The notes beneath the pieces were generated by a model, which saw only the letters and a program-made list of their open reading frames with translations, was not told the DNA's origin and made no database searches. DNA of 34,511 nucleotides from NCBI GenBank assembly GCA_944384555.1, contig CALWTV010000209.1, positions 1 through 34,511 of the forward strand, read 5' to 3'. Below, in pieces: positions 18,843 through 26,768 of the stretch; within the stretch, counting starts at the first letter, position 1; each line of letters opens with the position of its first letter. The position numbers and the translations under genes are program-made. Origin of the DNA: an uncultured Clostridia bacterium (lineage in GTDB: Bacteria > Bacillota > Clostridia > Oscillospirales > CAG-272).

Positions 18843-19353
18843 TATTATCATCTCCGTCCGTTATATGGTCTCTTATTTTCATAAGGATTTTTAGTAAAGT
18901 TTGCGTTTCTTCTTCCGTTATACTTTCCATAATAATCCTTTCCTCGGTTTTTATGTGTTCAAATAGTCTACGATCCAATTCTCTTCCCGCATCTGTCAGA
19001 AAAACACGAGTAGCACGCAGATCGGATTCGTCAGGCTTACGTATTACTATTCCGTCATGTTCCATCTTTTGTAAAGTAACACTTACAGTCGGCGGTTTTA
19101 AGTGAGTAACTTTCACAAGTTCAAGCTGTGTTCTGCCGTCCTGCATTGATAAATGAAACAACAAGCTTCTGTAGCTTTTTTGAACAAGATTGCTATCAAT
19201 ACTTTCCGCTTTAATCCTGTTATGCATTATCTTAGATATATCATTGATAAGCATCATTGGGGTAATTTGAAAATCCCTCGGTGGTCTCGGAGGTTTTTCT
19301 TCTCTTTGCTCTAATGAGCATCTCATAATTGATTTTCTTGGTTCTTCTTTCAT
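18823..19353 (-). CDS. MarR family transcriptional regulator
   Basis: TQLELVKVTHLKPPTVSVTLQKME.DG.V.R..D..DLR...VFLTDAG. Start placed at ATG 19353 after ACGGAG. Confidence 0.92.
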   Translation of the reverse strand: MKEEPRKSIMRCSLEQREEKPPRPPRDFQITPMMLINDISKIMHNRIKAESIDSNLVQKSYRSLLFHLSMQDGRTQLELVKVTHLKPPTVSVTLQKMEHDGIVIRKPDESDLRATRVFLTDAGRELDRRLFEHIKTEERIIMESITEEETQTLLKILMKIRDHITDGDDNNEQPKD

Positions 19354-19388
19354 AATTTTTTCTCCGTACATTTAATTTTCAAAATATT

Positions 19389-19449
19389 TAGTTTACGAAT
19401 AAATTATATTATATTTTTTCTCAAATGTCAATAGTTTATCTATAAATAA
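19389..19449 (-). promoter_or_regulatory. Sigma-A promoter flanked by two candidate MarR operators
   Basis: TTGACA (19431-19426)-17 bp-TATAAT (19408-19403); near-palindromes TAGTTTACGAATAAATTA (19389-19406) and TAGTTTATCTATAAATAA (19432-19449). Confidence 0.75.
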
Positions 19450-19461
19450 ATTATTTTTTTT

Positions 19462-19494
19462 AAATAAAAAGCAGACGCTTGAAATCGCATCTGC
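19462..19494 (-). terminator. Intrinsic terminator after the XpaC-like gene
   Basis: Minus-strand GCAGATGC / GCGTCTGC stem (G-U valid on this strand) followed by TTTTTATTT. Confidence 0.75.
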
Positions 19495-19511
19495 ATATAA
19501 AAATTATTAAT

Positions 19512-21005
19512 TTATTTTTTATCTGTATCTTCATTAGGATCGACAGCAAATGAGGATGACCCAGTATTTGAAAAATCTATTTCATCATCAGGAGTAAACA
19601 TATCATATTGACTGTTTGTAGCAAGACCGTCTTTATACATCATTTGCTCAAGTACATTTATATCGCTTGATATATCCATTTCCTCAGATTTATATAACTT
19701 ATCAAGCTGATTTTCAAATCCGATTACGAGCATATCAAGAATTTTTTCTATATTTGTACGCGCACTGTAAATATTTTCACCTTCAACTCCGAGTTTTTCA
19801 ATTTGGCTGTATGAATCGAGTAATTTAAGAGTTGTAGGAAGATAGTAGTTCATAAAAGAGCGAATTTGAGATAATTTTTCAGGTTTTTGGTCTACGTGTT
19901 CAAATATGCTTCGAGTTACTTCCTCAATTCTTCTGATTTTTCTTGAAACCTCATCATCTGCGATAGCGTCATCTGCTGCACGAATTTTTTTAAGCAATAT
20001 ATGAAATTCGTCATTATCATCATCCGTTTCATTATTATCTGACTCAGAAGATGAATCCTGTGCTTTATTATCTCTATCAAATTTTTTAGCCTGCTTTGAA
20101 TTAAACAAAGTAGTATCATAATCGTCATTTACAATATTTTCAATATCCGGAATTTCATCAAGAGAATCCATTGACATGACAAGCGTGCGTGATTTCATAT
20201 CAATAAAAGCATCTTCACCGAACATACCATTGTCAATCATCTCCTGAAGATCCTTGCAGGCTTTTTTCTCACTTATATTCATTATAGACGCAATTTTTGA
20301 TATTGATATTACGGAACGGTCTCCGACAACGGTAATATAACGCTGTTGAATAGAATCACGTTTTTTGAGAAACCAACGCATTACAAGCGAAACTAAACCT
20401 CCGCCGGCAATAAACGCACCTTGGAAAAAATCATACAAAAGTCCGCCTGAATAACCATAACTGAGCATTGAACTGACAGCATCAAATCCTATAATAGAAC
20501 CTAACGCAATAAGACAAATACCAAGTATAAGAAGCCATGTCCGAGATTTTATAGCTCTTTTTTTAGATTTTTTTCCTGATTTTTTATCGTTTTTGGTATC
20601 TTTATTCTGTGTAAAATTATCTGATGCTGTTTGATAGTTTTGCTGATTTATATTTTTTGAAGAAGTATATTGATATCCGGAAGATGTATTTGTGTTATAT
20701 GCCTGACCGCTGTATTGATTACCGGCATTATTTTGCTGAGTGTTCGGATTTGAATACTGCTGATTTTGACTTGCTTGATTTTTCCAATCCCACTCTTTTG
20801 ACCGGTTTTCGTAATACTGGTGGTAATTCTGGTATTTCTGACTGTATATATTCTTATTATTCTGATTAATATTTTTTTTGTTATTTGAAGAAGGTGAGGA
20901 GAAAATCTTCAAAAACGTAAGTATGAGTCCAAGCGGCCAAAAAAATATATATGCAAAAATTATTAATCCCCAAGGAACGTTAAATCCGCCGTTATTTTTA
21001 CTCAT
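19512..21005 (-). CDS. Membrane protein with C-terminal XpaC-like (5-bromo-4-chloroindolyl phosphate hydrolysis family) domain
   Basis: C-terminal IFEHVDQKPEK...RSFMNYYLPTTLKLLDSY...QLDKLY....DISSDI.VLE pattern; about three TM segments; N/Q-rich linker. Confidence 0.78.
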   Translation of the reverse strand: MSKNNGGFNVPWGLIIFAYIFFWPLGLILTFLKIFSSPSSNNKKNINQNNKNIYSQKYQNYHQYYENRSKEWDWKNQASQNQQYSNPNTQQNNAGNQYSGQAYNTNTSSGYQYTSSKNINQQNYQTASDNFTQNKDTKNDKKSGKKSKKRAIKSRTWLLILGICLIALGSIIGFDAVSSMLSYGYSGGLLYDFFQGAFIAGGGLVSLVMRWFLKKRDSIQQRYITVVGDRSVISISKIASIMNISEKKACKDLQEMIDNGMFGEDAFIDMKSRTLVMSMDSLDEIPDIENIVNDDYDTTLFNSKQAKKFDRDNKAQDSSSESDNNETDDDNDEFHILLKKIRAADDAIADDEVSRKIRRIEEVTRSIFEHVDQKPEKLSQIRSFMNYYLPTTLKLLDSYSQIEKLGVEGENIYSARTNIEKILDMLVIGFENQLDKLYKSEEMDISSDINVLEQMMYKDGLATNSQYDMFTPDDEIDFSNTGSSSFAVDPNEDTDKK

Positions 21006-21060
21006 TTAAAAATTCACTTCTCCGTGTTATTATAAAATTTTATTTGCTTTCGGCATAATG

Positions 21061-21099
21061 AATAAACATAAGCCGCCGAAAGTATTATGTAACGGCGGC
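21061..21099 (-). terminator. Probable intrinsic terminator
   Basis: GCCGCCG / CGGCGGC stem (21072-21099) followed on the minus strand by TTATGTTTATT. Confidence 0.6.
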
Positions 21100-21152
21100 A
21101 TAAAATAAATTCACTAATGCTTATTATACAATATTCGTACTTAAATTATTTT

Positions 21153-21875
21153 TTATTTTTCAAGCGATTTAAGATATTCAAAGCATCTTGTAACTTCTTC
21201 AATACCTGTAGGTTCAAGTCCTTCGCTTTCAACTACCATACGGAAACCGAGCTCAATTGCTCTTTCACGTACTGCCGCAACTGGAGCCTCGCCTAATCCA
21301 AGAGAGAATCCCTGTCCGCCTTTCATACCGTCTTTCAGATGAATACAATTTATTCTATCTTTTAATCTTGTAATCATCTCCACAGGGTCACGTCCTGCAT
21401 TGAAAGCCCAGAAAGTATCGATTTCAAACATCATATTTGTTCTTTTTTCGAGTTCAGCATGAATTTCATAGCCTTCCTCAGTGGGGTAAAATTCATGTGA
21501 GTGATTGTGATACTGGAATGTGATTCCTTCTGCGCGGAGCTTAGGCTCAAACTCATTATACATTGCTATGTAGTCATCGAGCTTCTGTCTTGTTCCGAGG
21601 TCTGCACCGGGAACAATTATGTTTTTATTGCCTATAGTCTTGTGATATCTTACGGTTTCTTCAAAATTTTCAGCAACTTCCTGCCAACCGGTATGAGTAC
21701 CACTTACTTCAAGATTATATTTATCAAGCATTTTGCGTACATCTTCAGCACTATGACCAAAAAATCCCGCAAATTCAACATACTTATAACCGATTTCACT
21801 TACCGCTTTCAAAGCACCTTCAAGGTTATCACCGGTAATATCTCTTAAGCTGTATAACTGAATACTGTAATCCAT
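21153..21875 (-). CDS. Sugar phosphate isomerase/epimerase (xylose isomerase-like TIM barrel), second paralog
   Basis: IQLYSLRD, YVEFAG, YHNHSHEF, EIDTFW, IHLKD, VVESE; CGGAGG RBS. Confidence 0.9.
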   Translation of the reverse strand: MDYSIQLYSLRDITGDNLEGALKAVSEIGYKYVEFAGFFGHSAEDVRKMLDKYNLEVSGTHTGWQEVAENFEETVRYHKTIGNKNIIVPGADLGTRQKLDDYIAMYNEFEPKLRAEGITFQYHNHSHEFYPTEEGYEIHAELEKRTNMMFEIDTFWAFNAGRDPVEMITRLKDRINCIHLKDGMKGGQGFSLGLGEAPVAAVRERAIELGFRMVVESEGLEPTGIEEVTRCFEYLKSLEK

Positions 21876-21947
21876 GGTTAAACCTCCGAAAATAAATTAA
21901 GTAAATTAAAAACATTTATATACTTCATTAATTTTATGTCATGTATA

Positions 21948-21976
21948 ATTATATATAATTTTTTTTTATTTTTCAA
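21948..21976 (-). promoter_or_regulatory. Sigma-A promoter
   Basis: TTGAAA-17 bp-TATAAT on the minus strand. Confidence 0.55.
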
Positions 21977-22042
21977 TAGCATATCAAAAATTTTTATATG
22001 AATTCAAAAATATTTTATAGATTTAATAAATAACATAAAAAT

Positions 22043-22852
22043 CTAAAATTTTTCGCAAAATAATTTTTCTCTACCTTTTTTGCCGTTTTCGCATAAAATA
22101 TTGGCTGAATTCAGAATTTTTATAGATTTCTGAGCATTAGAATAATTCATTCCCGCATTTAATGCGTACTGCTTAATTGTGAAGCTTCTTCCCAATAAGT
22201 CAGGCGGGATAAATTCCCTGCATTCTGAGATTGAAGGTATATAAATTAACTCCAAAATTTCAGACGGGATGAGTTCATATTTATGCGCGCCTTTCTTTTT
22301 ATCCCTGCTCCATCCGTCAAGCCTTCTGTACTCGTCAGCATTCAAAAGTACCGCGCAGAAATGTAGATTAGGATTGTTTATATATTTTAAAATATAGATA
22401 AGTTCAGGCAAAATAGAGTAAATTGAGCCATGCTTAGGTGACATTCTTTTTAAAGAAATTTCGCCGGTATTAGTATCAATCCAGCAAATATTCCGATTTT
22501 TCACAATCGGATATACTATTGTCACATGATTTTCGCTTAAAAAAGTATCAAGCTTTCTTTTCATGTTACCGAAATTTCCCGTCTGAATTTCAAATATTCC
22601 ATTTTCATTAATTATATCAGCAACATATCCTAAATATTTAATCTCATGAAAACCCTTATTCGGTTCAAGATAATTTTTTAAAGTTAAATGAAGAAATTTT
22701 TCCTTATACGTACCTATATTATATCTTTGATGTTCACATATATTTAATTGTGCTATAATATCGCAAAATCGTTCAGTATCAACCTTTAATTTTAAAATTC
22801 CGTTGTTCAAATCACTTTTTTTAACATCAGACAAAAAAATTGTATTAGCCAT
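22043..22852 (-). CDS. Hypothetical protein with putative CoiA-like PD-(D/E)xK nuclease fold
   Basis: EKFLHLTLK (ExxHxxxK-like) followed by YVADI and FEIQT; possible C-terminal winged helix. Confidence 0.55.
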   Translation of the reverse strand: MANTIFLSDVKKSDLNNGILKLKVDTERFCDIIAQLNICEHQRYNIGTYKEKFLHLTLKNYLEPNKGFHEIKYLGYVADIINENGIFEIQTGNFGNMKRKLDTFLSENHVTIVYPIVKNRNICWIDTNTGEISLKRMSPKHGSIYSILPELIYILKYINNPNLHFCAVLLNADEYRRLDGWSRDKKKGAHKYELIPSEILELIYIPSISECREFIPPDLLGRSFTIKQYALNAGMNYSNAQKSIKILNSANILCENGKKGREKLFCEKF

Positions 22853-22886
22853 TTTAATAAAATATTATTTTTTGCAAATGTATAGA

Positions 22887-23261
22887 TTAATATCTCGTTT
22901 TAAGCCACTCTAATAAATTATCTATATCTTCACTTGAAAGTTTACGGTCTTTATAAAGACAATTCATCATATTTACAAATGAACCATTATGATATTTATT
23001 TATAAAATTCTCGGTAATTATACGTATATACTCATCTTTATCAGCTTCGGGATAATACAGACGCTCTTTGCCTAATTTTTCCGAACGAATATATCCTCTT
23101 TCTTCTAATCTTACCAAAAATGATATTAAAGTAGGCGCTTTCCACCCTTTTTCATTGCCTATCTTTTTCATAAGTATCGATGTTGTTACCGGAGGAGTCA
23201 GTTCCCATATAGCCTGCATAACTTCAAATTCGGTATCCGGAAGTCTTTTTGAATATTCCAT
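22887..23261 (-). CDS. BlaI/MecI/CopY family transcriptional repressor
   Basis: LPDTEFEVMQAIW, WKAPTLISFLVRLEERGYI, K.GKERLYYP, C-terminal LSSEDIDNL. Confidence 0.92.
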   Translation of the reverse strand: MEYSKRLPDTEFEVMQAIWELTPPVTTSILMKKIGNEKGWKAPTLISFLVRLEERGYIRSEKLGKERLYYPEADKDEYIRIITENFINKYHNGSFVNMMNCLYKDRKLSSEDIDNLLEWLKTRY

Positions 23262-23298
23262 ATTAATATTATACTCCCCTTCATTTACAATTTATATA

Positions 23299-23327
23299 AT
23301 TATACAATTGACTAATATAATTGTCAA
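23299..23327 (-). promoter_or_regulatory. Sigma-A promoter for the BlaI-family gene
   Basis: Perfect TTGACA-17 bp-TATAAT on the minus strand. Confidence 0.8.
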
Positions 23328-23411
23328 TACTAACATCTATATATTTTTTCAATTGTATTTATATTCATGCACTTATTTATCATTTAAGTAATATTTTATT
23401 AATTTTTAATA

Positions 23412-23440
23412 TTGACATATTATTTGTTTTAATGTATAAT
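23412..23440 (+). promoter_or_regulatory. Sigma-A promoter for the ROK regulator
   Basis: Perfect TTGACA-17 bp-TATAAT. Confidence 0.8.
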
Positions 23441-23593
23441 TATATATACCATAATAATTATTGTATTGTAGAAAATTACTCATCAGCTAAAATAATCATC
23501 AAAACTAAATATCTTAGTAAAGTGTTTTTTGATCAAAAAAACCACTAAATATTTATTTGAGTAAAGTAATTTTTTTGCTTTTAGGAGAAATCT

Positions 23594-24643
23594 ATGGAAA
23601 ATATAAATTTAAACAGTATAAAAAGAGAAAGTATTAAGGCAATATACAATTCAATAGCTTCTGAAGAAAAAATCAGTCGGGCAGATATATCAGCCCAAAC
23701 CGGTCTTAGTCTTATGACTGTCGGAAAAGTAGTAGATGCACTTCTAAATTTGAATATTATCAGGCAATTTAAAGAAATAAAATCCGCTGCCGGCAGAAAA
23801 GCGGGGCTTATCAGCACAAATACAGATAATTTTTGTGTAATTCTAGATTTGACTTCTCATAACTTTACAATGATTATTATTAACGTTAAATTGCAGTTCG
23901 TTGATAAGTTAAATTATACATACAATAATGATTTCTATTTTGAAGAAAATTTGTATATTTTCTTAAAAAATGCCGACCTATACTTATCACGTAATATGGA
24001 TATGGAAAATTGTATCGGAATTGGAGTTTCAGTTCCCGGTCCGTATGAGCCATCAAAAGATATTGTTATTAATTCTCGTATTCCAGAACTTGAAACGATT
24101 CAGATTAAGTCTATAATTTCAAGTGTATTGCATCATGACTCAATTTTCATAGAATCAAGCGTAAATGTTGCCGCAATCTCAAACATAAGAAAAATACCTG
24201 ATTATAAGGAAAAAGTAATCTGTTACTGGTTCGTCGGAGATTATATAAGCGGTGCGGTTGTGGTAAATGGAGAAATAATTCACGGTTTCCATAATTTCGC
24301 CGGAAATTTTGGTCAGACAATAGTCTCGAGAGGAAAAACACTTGAAAATGCAATGAAAGAACTGAGTGATATTGAAGATGCTTCATACGAGCTTTCAAAG
24401 GCTCTGCATAATGTAATAAAAATAATTGACCCTCACGTTATTATTTTGGAATGTGAAATTTTCAATAAGTCTGAAGTATTCATTGAACACGTGCAAAAAT
24501 TTTTGCTTGAACGTTTTAAATTCAAAAACGACCAAATTCCTGAAATTATTTCCGGAAAATGCAGCTGCCGTCATTCCCACCGCGGTCTTGCTCTAAAACT
24601 GCGCGAACAATGGCTTGACAAAGTTATTTCGTGTCAAATTTAA
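23594..24643 (+). CDS. ROK family transcriptional regulator with degenerate effector domain
   Basis: HTH ISRADISAQTGLSLMTVGKVV..L, wing AGRKA, GIGVSVPG, VVVNGEIIHG..NFAGNFG. Confidence 0.88.
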   Translation: MENINLNSIKRESIKAIYNSIASEEKISRADISAQTGLSLMTVGKVVDALLNLNIIRQFKEIKSAAGRKAGLISTNTDNFCVILDLTSHNFTMIIINVKLQFVDKLNYTYNNDFYFEENLYIFLKNADLYLSRNMDMENCIGIGVSVPGPYEPSKDIVINSRIPELETIQIKSIISSVLHHDSIFIESSVNVAAISNIRKIPDYKEKVICYWFVGDYISGAVVVNGEIIHGFHNFAGNFGQTIVSRGKTLENAMKELSDIEDASYELSKALHNVIKIIDPHVIILECEIFNKSEVFIEHVQKFLLERFKFKNDQIPEIISGKCSCRHSHRGLALKLREQWLDKVISCQI

Positions 24644-24698
24644 ATTAACCGAATAACCTCGAATTATCTGATTTTTCAAAAAAATTTATAAAAAACTA

Positions 24699-24727
24699 TT
24701 GACAAAATTTTTGTTATGTAATATAAT
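24699..24727 (+). promoter_or_regulatory. Sigma-A promoter of the T-box leader
   Basis: Perfect TTGACA-17 bp-TATAAT. Confidence 0.85.
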
Positions 24728-24755
24728 CTCTTACAATGAGTGATTTAAATAAACT

Positions 24756-25107
24756 AAAGGCTATGACCGTGAGTAAGTATTCACTTTACCGAATTATCAT
24801 AAAAAATCCTATTTTTCGGATAAATAATGTGACTGCTTAACGTAAAAATATATTTTTCAACAGAGAATTGCCGGTTGGTGAGAGGCGTATGATAAATTTT
24901 TTTACGGATACATCATGAGAGCTGCGCACCAAAAAACTTATAGGACGTTAAGTAGGCTGCGCCGGATTTGCAACCGTTATTTAGCACGGTGTATTTTGGA
25001 TTTTATTCAATGTACACGCTGAGACTGTTCTTTTAACAGTGAATTTTGAGGTGGTACCACGGTTTATACCCGTCCTCTTGCTTTTGTGAAGCGAGGACGG
25101 TTTTTTT
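24756..25107 (+). promoter_or_regulatory. T-box riboswitch (transcriptional), probable Tyr specifier
   Basis: K-turn ATGA (24763-24766), AGAGA box (24862-24866), GGTTGGTGAGA apical loop, Stem II AGTA, CCGTTA box, Stem III ACTGTT/AACAGT, T-box GAGGTGGTACCACGG (25048-25062), terminator CCGTCCTC/GAGGACGG plus T7. Confidence 0.93.
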
Positions 25108-25153
25108 ATTTTTATATTTTGAAATTTTTTATAGTGAAAGGATATTTTTTGTT

Positions 25154-26698
25154 ATGTTTTGGGAAATCGCAATGATTGTAATTTTCTTTACAGTCACAAT
25201 TGCAATAGGCATTTACTGCCGGCGCAAAACCGCAAGTGTAGGTGATTTCGTACTCGGCGGACGTGCTGTCGGTCCGTGGCTCACCGCATTCGCTTACGGA
25301 ACTTCATACTTCTCTGCGGTCGTATTTGTTGGATACGCGGGTCAGTTCGGCTGGTCATTCGGATTAAGCGCCGCATGGATTGGTATAGGAAATGCCCTTA
25401 TCGGTTCACTGCTCGCATGGGTAATTCTCGGCAGGCGTACACGAATTATGTCAATGCATCTCGGCTCATCTACTATGCCCGATTTTTTTGAAAAACGCTA
25501 TGACAGTAAAAATTTAAAAATTGCCGCTTCAATAATCACATTCATTTTCTTAATTCCATATTCCGCGTCTGTTTATAAAGGATTGTCCGGATTATTTGCA
25601 ATGGCTTTCGGCATTGATTTTACTTATTGTATTATAGGCATGGCTATTATAACAGCAGTATATGTAGTAATCGGCGGATACATGGCAACCGCGATAAACG
25701 ATTTTATTCAGGGACTCATTATGCTTGTAGGAATTGTACTGATTGTTTTAGCAGTTCTGAACGGCAAAGGCGGTTTTACACAGGCGCTCGAATTCCTCTC
25801 CGCAATTCCGAGTGAATCAGCTCCGAATTTACAGGGAGCATTCGTATCAATGTTTGGTCCAGAACCGCTGAACCTTTTATCAGTTTTTGTGCTTACCAGT
25901 CTTGGAACCTGGGGACTTCCTCAGATGGTTCACAAATTTTACGCTATTAAAAACGAACAGGCTATTAAAACTGGTACGGTTATCTCCACTTTATTTGCCC
26001 TGATTATTGCCGGCGGTTCGTATTTTATGGGCGGTTTTGGCAGAATTTATTATACCCCTTCCGAAGACGGAAAAGTTGTTTTTGATGAAATTGTACCTGC
26101 AATGCTCTCCCATTCCCTCCCCGATATTCTTATCGGTGTCGTATTGATTTTAGTTCTTTCCGCTTCAATGTCAACCTTATCATCTCTTGTTATCACTTCA
26201 AGCAGTACTTTTATACTTGACTTTGTGGGAAGTTTTATGAAGAAAAAAGAATCTGAAAACAGTACATCGAAAAAAGTTCTGCTTATGCGTATTATGTGCG
26301 CGGTGTTTGTACTGCTTTCCGTTATATTAGCATTAAATCCAACATCGCTTATTACTTCTCTGATGTCGCTTTCATGGGGCGTACTTGCAGGCGCTTTTCT
26401 CGGTCCGTTTGTTTACGGTTTGTTCTGGAAAAGATCTTCTAAAGCGGGTGTCGCTGTCACTATGCTGTGCGGCATCGCAATTCCAGTTATAAACGTATTC
26501 ATTCCTTTTGTTTCACCGCTTGCCGCAGGTGCAATATCTATTGTAGCTTCACTTATAATTATGCCAATTATAAGCCTTATAACGCCTAAAATGGACAAAA
26601 AATATGTTGAAAATGCATTCAGCTGCTACAACATAAAAACAAATATACCGCTTTCTGAAGCTTTACCTGATGATGTTGACGAAATAGAAAAAATTTAA
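25154..26698 (+). CDS. Sodium:solute symporter (SSS, PutP/PanF-like), probable amino acid importer
   Basis: DFVLGGR..GPW..AF...SYFSA..FVG..G, T.PDFF.KRYDS, Y...GG..A...ND.IQG, WGLPQ, SASMST; about 13 TM segments. True start is ATG 25154 after GAAAGGA. Confidence 0.92.
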   Translation: MFWEIAMIVIFFTVTIAIGIYCRRKTASVGDFVLGGRAVGPWLTAFAYGTSYFSAVVFVGYAGQFGWSFGLSAAWIGIGNALIGSLLAWVILGRRTRIMSMHLGSSTMPDFFEKRYDSKNLKIAASIITFIFLIPYSASVYKGLSGLFAMAFGIDFTYCIIGMAIITAVYVVIGGYMATAINDFIQGLIMLVGIVLIVLAVLNGKGGFTQALEFLSAIPSESAPNLQGAFVSMFGPEPLNLLSVFVLTSLGTWGLPQMVHKFYAIKNEQAIKTGTVISTLFALIIAGGSYFMGGFGRIYYTPSEDGKVVFDEIVPAMLSHSLPDILIGVVLILVLSASMSTLSSLVITSSSTFILDFVGSFMKKKESENSTSKKVLLMRIMCAVFVLLSVILALNPTSLITSLMSLSWGVLAGAFLGPFVYGLFWKRSSKAGVAVTMLCGIAIPVINVFIPFVSPLAAGAISIVASLIIMPIISLITPKMDKKYVENAFSCYNIKTNIPLSEALPDDVDEIEKI

Positions 26699-26706
26699 AT
26701 TCCATC

Positions 26707-26755
26707 AAAAAAGCTCCCCTGATGCAATTCAAAAACGCACCAAGGGAGCTTTTAA
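26707..26755. terminator. Bidirectional intrinsic terminator
   Basis: AAAAGCTCCC (26709-26718) / GGGAGCTTTT (26744-26753) between convergent genes. Confidence 0.75.
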
Positions 26756-26768
26756 CATATTAATTTTT

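Noticed and set aside
20600-20900. N/Q-rich stretch as a possible tandem repeat or CRISPR-like array
   Set aside because: Low complexity at the protein level only; no periodic nucleotide repeat is seen.
21045-21099. Alternative pairing TGCTTTCGGC/GCCGAAAGTA overlapping the terminator as an attenuator
   Set aside because: On the transcribed minus strand the competing arm comes after the U-tract, so it cannot act as a classical antiterminator.
25046-25153. N-terminal extension of the symporter ORF (MRWYHGLYP...)
   Set aside because: It runs through the T-box antiterminator and terminator; the real start is ATG 25154 with a GAAAGGA RBS.
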